Source: Candidatus Bathyarchaeota archaeon
GTDB taxonomy: Archaea; Thermoproteota; Bathyarchaeia; Bathyarchaeales; Bathycorpusculaceae
Assembly (NCBI GenBank): GCA_963777155.1
Contig: CAVZPM010000033.1
Coordinates: 1-64,000 of the forward strand
Length of the DNA stretch: 64,000 nt
Direction of reading: 5' to 3'
Below the pieces are notes generated by a model. The model had not been told where the DNA came from. It searched no databases and saw only the letters and a program-made list of their open reading frames with translations. How positions within the stretch are numbered: the first letter of the stretch is position 1; each line of letters opens with the position of its first letter. Of this stretch, positions 20,969 to 30,998 are shown in pieces. A program made the translations under genes and the position numbers.

Positions 20969-22477
20969 ATGAAGGCCCCTGGAGGTTTTCTAGGAAAAAT
21001 CTTCGGCTTCCTGAATAAAGCAACAAGTGAGGAACGCGAGAATACTGAGCGGGAACTGCCCTTCGCTGTAATGATTTTTACTCTTATGGCTGCAAGCGGA
21101 ATCTCACCTTACGAAAGCTGGAAAAAATTCCGCAATCTAAGTTTCCTTCCAGCTTTCAAAAAGGAAGCTGACGAAGTTATCCGGCAAGTTGAGGTGCTTG
21201 GCAAAGACCCGTTGACGGTTATGCAGCAACGCGGCGAACAAACTCACTCCAAACTCTACCGAAACTTCCTCGGCGGCTTCGTTTCCTCAGTTAAAAGTGG
21301 CGGCAAACTACCTGATTATATGAAGAGCCAGCTAAAATCGATATTCGAACTTCGATACATCAATTTGAACCGCTCAATCGAAAGAATTGCCGCGTTAGTT
21401 GAAGCCTACTCAGTGATGTTAATCGTTGTGTTATGCACCTACATTCTCTTCGTGGTTTTCTCTTCGTCCAGTGTTATGGATTTGTTGTCAAGTAGCTCCA
21501 TCTCGATTTCTCCAATTATGTCTTACTTAATAGCCTTTGTCGGAATGCCCGTTATGTCTGGAATTTTTATTCTAATGGCACATAACATGCAGAGAAGTGC
21601 ATTCCCAGACCTCAAAGATCTTTACAAAAAGGCTTTAATAATCATAATTCCAGTGTTCGCTGTCATAGGCGTTTTCGGAATAATAGGTACAGATGCCCTC
21701 AAACCGGTCGGATTGCCAGAAATCGCAACCATAGGGTTAGTCGTCGCGTCTTTCCTGCCTGCCTTTCAATATTACCGTATCTCAAAAATCAACTACAATG
21801 CTGAAGAATCTATCCCTAGCTTCATTCGGGACATCACTGAGTCGCAAAAGACAGGACTTTCACCAGAAAAAAGCATTGTGCAAGCAACCAAACGTAAAGA
21901 TTACGGACCCTTCTCTAAATTTCTGGATTTAATCCGTAGCCAAATCGAATGGGGCATTCCCTTGAGGAAAACTTTCGATAACATGCGCAGGGAAATCCGA
22001 AGTTGGTTTGTCATAGTGAACTTTGCCATGATGGTAGAGACAATCGAAATCGGCGGCAACTCCATTCAATCGCTTGAAATTCTCTCGGAGTACAGTGAGA
22101 AAGAGCGGGAGATGCAGGTTAACCGCCGGGTTCTTTTGAAGCCGTACATTCTGCTTGCTTTTATGTGGAGCGCCTTGATTGCCGTCACAACAACAATTGT
22201 GGCTCTAACAACATCAATGATGACAGGCGTCGTTAGCACGGACCTTTCTTCAGTTGCCCAGATTGCTATGCAAGGACAGCTCAACGTCTTCTCGGTTGGC
22301 ATAATTATTCAATGTTGGATTTCAGGGTTTTTCATCGGAAAAATCAGCGAAGGCAATTTTGGTGCCGGGTTTAAACATTCTGCATTGTTGGCCGCAACCG
22401 CTTACCTATCTTTGGTTGTCTCTCAACTGTTGCTCTCGGGTGTTTTCTCGATGGACCAAATAAAACCAATGACATAA
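20969..22477 (+). CDS. Type II secretion system F-family platform protein (FlaJ/TadC-like)
   Basis: Two T2SSF-like repeats (ELPFA..ASGISP and SIPSFIRDI..TGLSPE), multiple TM helices, adjacent to the ATPase. Confidence 0.9.
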   Translation: MKAPGGFLGKIFGFLNKATSEERENTERELPFAVMIFTLMAASGISPYESWKKFRNLSFLPAFKKEADEVIRQVEVLGKDPLTVMQQRGEQTHSKLYRNFLGGFVSSVKSGGKLPDYMKSQLKSIFELRYINLNRSIERIAALVEAYSVMLIVVLCTYILFVVFSSSSVMDLLSSSSISISPIMSYLIAFVGMPVMSGIFILMAHNMQRSAFPDLKDLYKKALIIIIPVFAVIGVFGIIGTDALKPVGLPEIATIGLVVASFLPAFQYYRISKINYNAEESIPSFIRDITESQKTGLSPEKSIVQATKRKDYGPFSKFLDLIRSQIEWGIPLRKTFDNMRREIRSWFVIVNFAMMVETIEIGGNSIQSLEILSEYSEKEREMQVNRRVLLKPYILLAFMWSALIAVTTTIVALTTSMMTGVVSTDLSSVAQIAMQGQLNVFSVGIIIQCWISGFFIGKISEGNFGAGFKHSALLAATAYLSLVVSQLLLSGVFSMDQIKPMT

Positions 22478-22489
22478 GGAGGATAGGGT

Positions 22490-23524
22490 TTGCCAGCGAG
22501 CTCCTTCGATACTTTTTTCGCTTGTACCATTATTGTAGCGGCAGCTTTGATTGGCATGGCGTTTTTGAGCTCAACAATGCAAACCAGAATAGCTAGTACG
22601 CAAGACATTAACAAGGACAGCTATCTAAAAGCTATAGCTGACCATATCATAACTAACCCGGGATCACCCACTGAATGGGGAACTAGCAGTGCCTTGCCAG
22701 ATGACTTCGGCTTAGCTTCAAGTCTCTCTAATCGTGCTTATGAGCTGGATATGGATAAAATCTGCAGATTAAACAGACTTAACAACAATTCACTATCTTA
22801 TATTGATCTGGCAAGAGCTGCCAAACTTAACACTGCATTGGGCATAGAGATCTCCCCACTAATGACAGTGAATGTTGTTCAATCAAGTAATTCATCAGTA
22901 GGAATGGATACCTCTTTTACATTCCACATTTCAGCAAGCATCGATTCGAAGCCAACGAGTGCAAGTTTACACTGCTACATTGTCACAGACAACTACTTGA
23001 TTGAAGTCAATGCTTCTATTCCAGATGTCGGCGTTGGCCAAGTCAGCGTCCAAATTCCCACGTCAAAGATTGAAAACGCACTACTTATCGCCTTCGCAAG
23101 AGCATCTATCGACGAGAGAATAACTACAGTCGCGGTCTACAACTTCGGTCAATCAACTCAGGAATCGATCCCAAATAGCACAAATTTGGCTTTAAGCCCG
23201 CTCAATTACGTTTTAAGTTTCAATGATACAGGTTTAAAGTTTCTAAATGGCACTGTTTTCTCCTACTCGTACCAGCACCAACTTCCATCTCCTTCTGGTT
23301 CAAAAACAGCAATTCCAAAGTTGCTCGATAAAAGTCCTTTAGTTATAGTTGTTGAAGGTTTAAACGGCACAAAACATTTTCAGGAATGGACCGCTTATCC
23401 ACAGATTCCATTGAAAATCGGCGCAGACTTTGACAGTTCAGAACAAAACATCTTTAGCTACATAGTCACTGTCAACGGAGTCCTCTATAGGCTTGATTTA
23501 AGTTTAGGAGACCTGCCCCAATGA
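22490..23524 (+). CDS. Pilus-associated membrane-anchored protein
   Basis: N-terminal hydrophobic helix, PGSPTEW motif, operon position. Confidence 0.65.
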   Translation: MPASSFDTFFACTIIVAAALIGMAFLSSTMQTRIASTQDINKDSYLKAIADHIITNPGSPTEWGTSSALPDDFGLASSLSNRAYELDMDKICRLNRLNNNSLSYIDLARAAKLNTALGIEISPLMTVNVVQSSNSSVGMDTSFTFHISASIDSKPTSASLHCYIVTDNYLIEVNASIPDVGVGQVSVQIPTSKIENALLIAFARASIDERITTVAVYNFGQSTQESIPNSTNLALSPLNYVLSFNDTGLKFLNGTVFSYSYQHQLPSPSGSKTAIPKLLDKSPLVIVVEGLNGTKHFQEWTAYPQIPLKIGADFDSSEQNIFSYIVTVNGVLYRLDLSLGDLPQ

Positions 23525-23943
23525 GATTGATAAGCAACAAGAAAGGGCAGGTGAGAGTCATAGAAGCATTTTTTGCTTCGATGCTCATATTATCCTGTTT
23601 AGCCCTAATTCCCGCTCAGGCAACTCCAAAAAGCTCCACGGTTAATCTCGTCTGGAAAGCCCAAAATATCCTATTAACCCTAGACACTGATGGACAACTG
23701 GCAAGTTTAGTCGATAATCATGATTGGGCGAAACTTAGTCAGTGCGTCGAATCTGCATTACCACTCACAACATGGTTTAACTTAACCATTTATGACAAAA
23801 ACCAAAATATCTTGAATAATTTTCCAATTTCTAACGGTGGTTCAGTTAGCGACAGAATCTCCTCAGTTGACTACATTTGCGTAAGCCAGAACAGCGTTTT
23901 TGTGTATTATGTTCTACGATTACAGTTGGCGGTGATGGATTAG
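23521..23943 (+). CDS. Minor pilin (class III signal peptide)
   Basis: NKKG/QVRVIEAFFASMLIL. Confidence 0.75.
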   Translation: MRLISNKKGQVRVIEAFFASMLILSCLALIPAQATPKSSTVNLVWKAQNILLTLDTDGQLASLVDNHDWAKLSQCVESALPLTTWFNLTIYDKNQNILNNFPISNGGSVSDRISSVDYICVSQNSVFVYYVLRLQLAVMD

Positions 23944-23945
23944 AC

Positions 23946-25643
23946 ATGGGAAAACGCAGCTTTGAACGGGACTGTTCAGGTCAGGTGCTCATCGTTTCTG
24001 CTTTGCTGGTTGCTGTTCTTCTGCTTTCCACTGCCCTCTATGTCATCGAAGTTGGAAAACAAGTGCCCACTGTCTCCGCTGAAAACGATGCTTTTTTTAG
24101 TTATCAACAAGCGGCAAGAAACACTTTGATTAGTGCATTGGCAAATGTTACCGACGGCGGTAACCCAACAGTTTTAGGCACTGATCTTGATGAATTGAAA
24201 GCTGCAATCCTTTCAAACTCCTATCAAACAATGATCACCGTAGACTATGCCCTAATGAACTCAAGTAACTACCAAAATGGCTCTTGGGTTTTTTGCGGAG
24301 CCAACGGTCTGGGCATCTCAAGTGCTTATGCCTCTTTTAGGTTTGAATCTTCCAGTCCCTCAGCAACATCTAACGTAGAATACGCCGTGAACGTGACCTC
24401 AATCGTGAAAATCAATGGAAACTACATCCAACTCAACGACACAACAAAACAAGTGAACCTATTCATAAACTTGTTAAATGAAGACAAAGCAGCGTTAGCT
24501 CGCAACTTTACTTTTTCTTACCAGACCGAGTCAGAGTTGGTGCCAGCAAGTTCACCGATCATAGCCAGTTTTGGCAATGGGACTTACACAGCGTCATTTA
24601 ATGCAGAAACTGCAAAACTAAATGATCCCTTGGTTGTTTCGCTTCGCTGTCAGGATGGGCGAGGTATATTTGTAGGAGCAAACCTAACATGCACTGACAC
24701 ATCGGTTAATGTAAATTCTACTCCAGAAGTTTCTCCATCATCAACTTCCTTGACTATGTCTTCTGCTTCATCTGTAATTGTGAGTGCTTCACCGACTGTA
24801 AGCATAGCGCCTGCTGGTCCAATCACCTTGGATGCTGGCCAAAGCCAGATGTTTACAGCCAACTCCAGTGGCGGCTCTGGCCCCATATCCTATCAATGGT
24901 ACCTAAACGGCTCAGCTATTACTGGGGAGACAGATTCAACTTACCTCTACATGGCAACTTTGACTTCTCATACCATTTATGTTATAGTCACTGATAGCGC
25001 TTCAACTCCGGTTATGGCCCAATCTAACGTAGTCTCGGTAACGGTGAATGATGCGCCAACTGCAAGTATTGCTTCACTTAGCTGGATTATGGATGTTGGG
25101 CAGTCTAAGACGTTTACTGCTACTGCTGCAGGTGGGTCAGGAACTTACCTTTCCTATCAATGGTATGTGAATTCTACACTTCAAAGCGGCCAGACTAACT
25201 CAACGTTTAGTTTTTCACCTATATCCCCTGGATCTTACTCCATCACTGCTTCGGTTACTGACAGTTTAGGTGCAACTTCGGCTCAATCTTCTGCTGCATC
25301 TGTCATTGTGAGTGCTTCGCCAACTGTAAACATATTACCTGTTGGTCCAATCACGTTGGATGCTGGTCAAAGCCAGATGTTTACAGCCAACTCCAGTGGC
25401 GGCTCTGGCCCCCTATCCTATCAATGGTACCTAAACGACTCAGCCGTTACTAACGCAACAGGTTCAATTTTCTCTTTCAACGGATCAGCTGGTTCATATT
25501 CGATTTCTTGCAAAGTAACTGATAGCGCTTCCACTCCAGTGACGACCCAGTCTAACACCGTCTCGGTGACGATAAATGATGCTCCGGCACCTTCTGTTCC
25601 GCCACCTTCCGGGACCAGCACATCACGTTTAAGAAGACGCTAA
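23946..25643 (+). CDS. Pilin-like adhesin with three C-terminal Ig/PKD-like repeats
   Basis: SG/QVLIVSALLV leader; three repeats of GQS..FTA..SGG.G..SYQWY...VTDS. Confidence 0.75.
   Translation: MGKRSFERDCSGQVLIVSALLVAVLLLSTALYVIEVGKQVPTVSAENDAFFSYQQAARNTLISALANVTDGGNPTVLGTDLDELKAAILSNSYQTMITVDYALMNSSNYQNGSWVFCGANGLGISSAYASFRFESSSPSATSNVEYAVNVTSIVKINGNYIQLNDTTKQVNLFINLLNEDKAALARNFTFSYQTESELVPASSPIIASFGNGTYTASFNAETAKLNDPLVVSLRCQDGRGIFVGANLTCTDTSVNVNSTPEVSPSSTSLTMSSASSVIVSASPTVSIAPAGPITLDAGQSQMFTANSSGGSGPISYQWYLNGSAITGETDSTYLYMATLTSHTIYVIVTDSASTPVMAQSNVVSVTVNDAPTASIASLSWIMDVGQSKTFTATAAGGSGTYLSYQWYVNSTLQSGQTNSTFSFSPISPGSYSITASVTDSLGATSAQSSAASVIVSASPTVNILPVGPITLDAGQSQMFTANSSGGSGPLSYQWYLNDSAVTNATGSIFSFNGSAGSYSISCKVTDSASTPVTTQSNTVSVTINDAPAPSVPPPSGTSTSRLRRR
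24759..25587 (+). repeat. Intragenic duplication of a ~300-bp Ig-like unit (copies at 24759 and 25287, offset 528 bp)
   Basis: Near-identical stretch caaagccagatgtttacagccaactccagtggcggctctggcccc.tatcctatcaatggtacctaaacg in both copies. Confidence 0.85.
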
Positions 25644-25650
25644 ACAGTAG

Positions 25651-27015
25651 ATGAAAATCACGATGAGTCAAGCTAAAACTGTGAAGACAATGGTTGCGAT
25701 ATTGACCATAATGATTGTATTAACTGTGAATGTTAGTGCCGCTCAAACTTCTTTAGCCCTTAAAGTTGACCATAACACATTAGAGAGCGTTCCTCCAGGA
25801 AACGTGCTTTGGGCAAGAACCTATGGAGGCGCAGCCGACGATCGAGCTTTCTACGCGTTGACCGCAAAAGATGGCTATTTAGTGGTTGGTTCCTCTAGGT
25901 CAATTGTCTCAAACACAACCGTTGGTTGGGTTCTAAAACTTGATGGAAATGGTGATGTTGTTTGGAACAAAACTTTCCTTGAAGGCTGGGGAACTGAACT
26001 TCGGTATGCAGTTAACCTAACGGATGGTTACTTGTTGGTTGGAAACGAGTTTTTTCCATCTGGTCAAGTTAGTGGATATGTTGCGCGGTTAGATAATCAA
26101 GGTGATTTGCAATGGATGAAAATTTTGGTCGAAGGGTCAACTGGCAAGTTGTTCTCAGGGATCGCAACTCCTGATGGCTTCGTATTTTTTGGGTTAAGCT
26201 CCCAAAGCATTAACGGGGCATCCTCAGTTTGGACGGTAAAACTTGACAAAAGCGGAAACATAGTTTGGAGCAGAACTTACGGAGAATCAGTTGACAGCGC
26301 GGCAAGATCAGGCGTGTTGACCAAAGATGGAGATTACTTAGCGGCGGGCTACTCGGATTCCATAGGAAACGGGAACTATGATTTTTATCTCTTGAAACTT
26401 AGCATCAACGGTGACATCATATGGAACAACACTTATGGTGGCGAAGGAAGCCAAAAGGCTTATTCAATAACGAAAGCCAACGACGGGTACGTGGTTGTAG
26501 GCGATATTCAACTTCCTAATAGCGCAACTGACGCTTGGGTATTGAAAGTTGACCAAGCTGGAAACGTGTTGTGGAACAAATCTGTTGGTGGAAAAGATTC
26601 TGATTCGGCTGCAGTTGTCTCCATGTCTGAGGATGGAAATTACTTAGTCGGTGGCTTCACCTTTTCCTATGGCGAAGGAAACAGAGACAATTTCCTCTTT
26701 AAAATCTCTGATAAGGGAAATGTTTTGTGGAGTTGCACGCAAGGTGACTCTGGTTACCAAGAAGCATATCAAGTTCTTGATGCAGGTAAAAACCAATACA
26801 TTATGGTTGGTTGGACTGATCCCCTAAACGAACCATCATTGATTGGCAAAGCCCAATATGACTTCTATGTCGTTAAAATCAGTCCACAAAATACCAATTT
26901 AAACCTAACAATCCTGTTTATCGCCATATGTCTTTTAGCAGCGGCTGTCAGTATAACCGTGTGGCGATTATCTAAGAAAAATAATAAAAGATTTGTGTTA
27001 AAAACAAAAAATTGA
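25651..27015 (+). CDS. Secreted beta-propeller repeat protein with C-terminal TM anchor
   Basis: Repeats of W.kTyGG...D...dGYlvvG...wvlKlD..Gn; signal peptide and C-terminal TM. Confidence 0.8.
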   Translation: MKITMSQAKTVKTMVAILTIMIVLTVNVSAAQTSLALKVDHNTLESVPPGNVLWARTYGGAADDRAFYALTAKDGYLVVGSSRSIVSNTTVGWVLKLDGNGDVVWNKTFLEGWGTELRYAVNLTDGYLLVGNEFFPSGQVSGYVARLDNQGDLQWMKILVEGSTGKLFSGIATPDGFVFFGLSSQSINGASSVWTVKLDKSGNIVWSRTYGESVDSAARSGVLTKDGDYLAAGYSDSIGNGNYDFYLLKLSINGDIIWNNTYGGEGSQKAYSITKANDGYVVVGDIQLPNSATDAWVLKVDQAGNVLWNKSVGGKDSDSAAVVSMSEDGNYLVGGFTFSYGEGNRDNFLFKISDKGNVLWSCTQGDSGYQEAYQVLDAGKNQYIMVGWTDPLNEPSLIGKAQYDFYVVKISPQNTNLNLTILFIAICLLAAAVSITVWRLSKKNNKRFVLKTKN

Positions 27016-27022
27016 ATTTTAT

Positions 27023-27898
27023 TTACTGCATCTTTGAGAAAAGTAATGCCAGGATTCTTACGAACGCACTATAATTGGTCCATATGCCTGCAATTCTGTT
27101 TTTCTTCTTTGTGTCATCGCCACTTGTTGTATCTTCAAAGAACGTAATCAGGACTTCTTTGTTATCCGATACCATAAAGCAGGGTAAATTCGAATCATCG
27201 ACTATTCTGTTTGTTTCACTTAACCAATTGAGTTGACCTAAAAAGTATGCGCTTTTCAAAGAGTTATCTGTAACCAGGGTAACGTTTACTTTTTCAGCTT
27301 GGGCTTTCAGGTTATCCGAAAAATCGCTGTAATATAGTTGCGACAAATAAGCAGCTGAAGCAAAAACCTTGAATTCATTTTCGGTTTTTTGCAGTAATTC
27401 CTTAGCTTTCATCAAAACTTGGTCTTCGCCCTCTATCATTTGGAACATTTCTTTTTTCTGTTCAGTAACCTTTTGTTTGGGTATCGTGCGCCAAAGCTCA
27501 ACTAAGCTTGATTTTTCCTGTTCCAATAGTCTAATTTGTATTTTCTGAGCATCAACCAGCAAATCAACGGCTTTGTCAAGTGGTACGGCAGTAAATTTAA
27601 GAGGTTTTTCAAAAATAGAAAAGACAATTCCTTTCTTTTCTAGGTCTCGCAGAATTCTATAGGTTTCTGTTCTGTGAAGTGAAATAGCTTCGGCTAGTTC
27701 CCCAGCTTTCATTTCGCCAGTCCTTGCTAGATGCAGATATACTCTAATTTCATTTTTCAGTAATCCAAATCGTGTAAGCGTTTCTTCAACTGTTGATAAT
27801 TGTTTGTCATAGGTTTGATCTTTTCTCACTAGTTTCCAAGCTTCAGTCTGTTTGTCGTAGACTTCCACTAGCTCCTGCTTATCGATCAATAGAGACAT
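27023..27898 (-). CDS. TrmB-family transcriptional regulator
   Basis: FGLLKNEIRVYLHL..HRTETYRILRDLEKKG..PLKFTAVP winged helix, followed by an effector domain. Confidence 0.85.
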   Translation of the reverse strand: MSLLIDKQELVEVYDKQTEAWKLVRKDQTYDKQLSTVEETLTRFGLLKNEIRVYLHLARTGEMKAGELAEAISLHRTETYRILRDLEKKGIVFSIFEKPLKFTAVPLDKAVDLLVDAQKIQIRLLEQEKSSLVELWRTIPKQKVTEQKKEMFQMIEGEDQVLMKAKELLQKTENEFKVFASAAYLSQLYYSDFSDNLKAQAEKVNVTLVTDNSLKSAYFLGQLNWLSETNRIVDDSNLPCFMVSDNKEVLITFFEDTTSGDDTKKKNRIAGIWTNYSAFVRILALLFSKMQ

Positions 27899-28017
27899 TT
27901 TTAGTTTTTCACCGATTGCTTGCTTGAGTTACTTTGACTAAGTACTTTCTGTATATAATACAATTATGAATTCAGAATACAGATTTCCAGAAAAGTGCTT
28001 AAAATTTGTTGAATAAT

Positions 28018-29733
28018 TTAGGTTTCAAGAGCTTTCGAGGAAGCATTAGCATAAAGAGCGCCGAATTTATTGATCAAATCCTTCTGGGTGTATACTGAAG
28101 AATGTAATTGGAAATATTTCCCCATTTGATCAGTCTCTACCCCAATACCTATGACAATGACGCCTTTATTGAGCAAGCTTTCAACAGATTTCTTCAAAAC
28201 TAACGGCATTTCAGCATATCCATAGGGCCAACCATCAGAAATAACAATTAAACATCTTTGTTCTTCAAAACGCTTAGCTAGCATTTTACCAGCAACCAGA
28301 ATTGCATCTGGAATGTATGTGAGACCTTCGAACCTTAGACCGCCGATTCTTGCCCTAACTCTCTTTGAGTATGATTCAGAGCTATCCTTTAGAACATATA
28401 ACTTGTCGCTAAATGCAAAAAAAGTCCAAGATGTCGCATCCAGCATTAATTCTTTGGCTGCTTCAGCAACTGCTATAGCTAATGCGCGACCATATTCGCC
28501 TTTGACTTGCATACTATTGCTTACATCAAATAATATCGACCAAGCAAAACTGGGTTTAAGATACTCATCTAGTACAAATACATCAGTGGCTGGTTTGTTA
28601 CTAGCTAAGGATTGAATAACAGCTGCTAAATCAAGTTGACCCATCTCTTGGCGTGGGTCCTCATCTAGAAAATTGAAGGCTGACCTTAGAATATCTAATA
28701 ATCGTCGACTTGCTCCTTGCACAAGGTTTCTTGCTCGCAGGTATTGAGTGTAATCTTCTTCTGGGAAAGAAACCGATTTGAATTGTGTTACAGCTAAGCA
28801 CTGTTCGATTTTAGATAGAATCTTCTCTTCCCGTTGTTTTTGGTATTGATCTGAATTAAAGGCTTGTAGGGCCTCAGAATCCTGTTCCGGTCTCCAGAGT
28901 TGATCAATGTTGTCAACACTTTGCATTTTGCCCCCTAGAAGCGATAGAGAAGAGCTAAAATATTCTTCGAAAGGAGGAGTATTTAACCCAAAGTCTGTGT
29001 AAACGCTGCAGGGTCCTAAGCTTTCTGTATGACGAAGTGAGGGCGCCTCCAAAAATGGACCCAAAGGATCAAGTAATCCCAGGATTTGATTGTAGTTGTC
29101 CTCAAAGGTTTTCTCTAACGCTACTTTGTTGTTAGCGAGCTCATCTAAGAAGTCGTCTTTTAGTTTTGTTAATTCGGTTACTATTTGATCAGTTAGCAAA
29201 TCTTCTTCAGAATGTGAGTCGGTTTTAGGGTAATCTATCCAAAGTTTTCTCAGTAATGATGTCATGACTCTTGTAGAAACCGTATAGATTCTTGATGGCA
29301 ATTTGATTTTTTGAAAAGCGAATGCATTTGCATACGCCGTGTCGATTAAAGAACTTGGACATTTGGCTTGAAGGTAGGCATTAACATATGTGTCTGTAAT
29401 TAGCGATTTTACAAATGCCTCAACGTTTGAATCCGATTTTTTCAGGAAAATCTTCTGGTCTGAAAAAGGCAATAATGTGTGAGTAGACAAATGAAAAATT
29501 GATGCCCGAAATAATCTGCCAATTCGAACTTTTCCTGCAATATTATTATCGAAACCATAGCCCATGAAGTTTACCGAGCCATTTTCTGAGAACTTAGGGG
29601 TGGGAAGCTTTATGGTAAATCCTAAGTCATCAGCTTTTAAAAGCGGTTGGTCTATGCTGGGATCTTCGATTATTTTTACTTTAGTGTCGTCTTTCTGAAG
29701 CGAAAGCGCCCATGCATAGTCAATTAAACCCAA
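28018..29733 (-). CDS. vWA-domain protein (NorD/CbbO-like)
   Basis: C-terminal MIDAS motif DVSNSM, T in GLTYIPDA, ISDGWP, IGIG. Confidence 0.85.
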   Translation of the reverse strand: MGLIDYAWALSLQKDDTKVKIIEDPSIDQPLLKADDLGFTIKLPTPKFSENGSVNFMGYGFDNNIAGKVRIGRLFRASIFHLSTHTLLPFSDQKIFLKKSDSNVEAFVKSLITDTYVNAYLQAKCPSSLIDTAYANAFAFQKIKLPSRIYTVSTRVMTSLLRKLWIDYPKTDSHSEEDLLTDQIVTELTKLKDDFLDELANNKVALEKTFEDNYNQILGLLDPLGPFLEAPSLRHTESLGPCSVYTDFGLNTPPFEEYFSSSLSLLGGKMQSVDNIDQLWRPEQDSEALQAFNSDQYQKQREEKILSKIEQCLAVTQFKSVSFPEEDYTQYLRARNLVQGASRRLLDILRSAFNFLDEDPRQEMGQLDLAAVIQSLASNKPATDVFVLDEYLKPSFAWSILFDVSNSMQVKGEYGRALAIAVAEAAKELMLDATSWTFFAFSDKLYVLKDSSESYSKRVRARIGGLRFEGLTYIPDAILVAGKMLAKRFEEQRCLIVISDGWPYGYAEMPLVLKKSVESLLNKGVIVIGIGVETDQMGKYFQLHSSVYTQKDLINKFGALYANASSKALET

Positions 29734-29745
29734 AAAAATCCCTTA

Positions 29746-30765
29746 TTACTTCGTAAAAACTGCTTCAAGTATTCGCCTAACATCCGCTTGAACTTCAACG
29801 TTGTCGCTTGTTAAGCCAACTATCGTCTCTTCAGCCGCACCCATAGGAGTATTGCCGTCAAAGACTAAAGTTGCCCAGTTGATTAAATCTCCCAACGATG
29901 GACCGTATGGTAAATCGCCTGCTTTGTATTGTCTTCTCAGTTCTGCACCCGCTTGGATAATTTTGTAAGCGACATCTTGGTCGACTTTGGTTCTTTTTCT
30001 TAACATTTCAACCTCATGTGGAGAGATTTTTTCGCCTACACTTAAGAAGTCGAAATTTATCCAAACTGCCATTCTTCTGCGCATGGCAGCGTTGAGAGGT
30101 TTTGTTCCTGAGAATTCAGCTGTCGCAGGGTTCATGCTAATAATCATGTACCCGTATTTGTGGCGCTCAATAACTTCACTGTCTTTTTCGTTTAGTACCA
30201 GGTGTCCTCTTGTGTCGAGGACGGGGTTGAGTCTTGTGGCAACGTCCTGTTTCATCATGTTGGCTTCGTCAAGGTACATTATACCGCCTTTTCTAAGCCA
30301 CTGAGTCAACAATCCGTCTACCCAGTTCTCTTTGCCTAAGCCTATAAATCGCCCAATGAGGTCAAAGCTGCTGGTGGATAAGCCGCAGTTGACTTCCCAG
30401 ATGGGCAAACCTGTCAATTCTGCTACAAGATAGACGATGTGGGTTTTGCCTGTTCCTGATGGACCAATTAGGCTGCATTGTTTGAAATAGTAAAGTGCAC
30501 GCACTATGCGTTCTACGTAGTTTAGTCCATGGTCGAGGTATTCTGGTGTGCCTTGTGGAATCATGTTTTCCAAATGTGAGAAGCTGAAGTTTGGATGAAG
30601 GTCATACCTTTGAATATTATATTTGCTATACAAAGGCGATGTGGACATAGGACGCTCTTTATCTAAGGAGACGGTTACCTTGAATTTGTCCTGTTTTAGA
30701 GATGAAACCTCTTGAACCCTGCTTGCTTGAGATTTCTCTCGTAGTCCTTGATGCCCATAACTCAA
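29746..30765 (-). CDS. MoxR-class AAA+ ATPase (CbbQ/NirQ/NorQ/GvpN-like)
   Basis: GPSGTGKT, WVDGLL, YLDEAN, SMNP, LNAAMRRR. Confidence 0.9.
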   Translation of the reverse strand: MSYGHQGLREKSQASRVQEVSSLKQDKFKVTVSLDKERPMSTSPLYSKYNIQRYDLHPNFSFSHLENMIPQGTPEYLDHGLNYVERIVRALYYFKQCSLIGPSGTGKTHIVYLVAELTGLPIWEVNCGLSTSSFDLIGRFIGLGKENWVDGLLTQWLRKGGIMYLDEANMMKQDVATRLNPVLDTRGHLVLNEKDSEVIERHKYGYMIISMNPATAEFSGTKPLNAAMRRRMAVWINFDFLSVGEKISPHEVEMLRKRTKVDQDVAYKIIQAGAELRRQYKAGDLPYGPSLGDLINWATLVFDGNTPMGAAEETIVGLTSDNVEVQADVRRILEAVFTK

Positions 30766-30998
30766 TCGATGCTACCTCTAGAGTGTTTGAAATTGAAGTT
30801 AAGCGACAGATAAACCTTGTTAATTACTACTCAATACATCAGACATATAAAATTAAAAGACCCCAGGCAAGGACCGGATCATTCATCAATTCTTATTAAT
30901 CAAATAAGGTGTTGAAATAATGAGCGTAATTGTCTGCGTTATTTGTGACGTACAAGTGCTTAATTGAAAAAAACGTGTAAGAGAGAGTCTGATAAACC

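Noticed and set aside
16677-25643. Archaellum operon
   Set aside because: No ArlH (RecA/KaiC-like), ArlF/G or chemotaxis genes are visible; the gene set fits a pilus.
28018-30765. Rubisco activase, NO reductase or gas vesicle function for the MoxR-vWA pair
   Set aside because: No cbb, nor or gvp genes are nearby.
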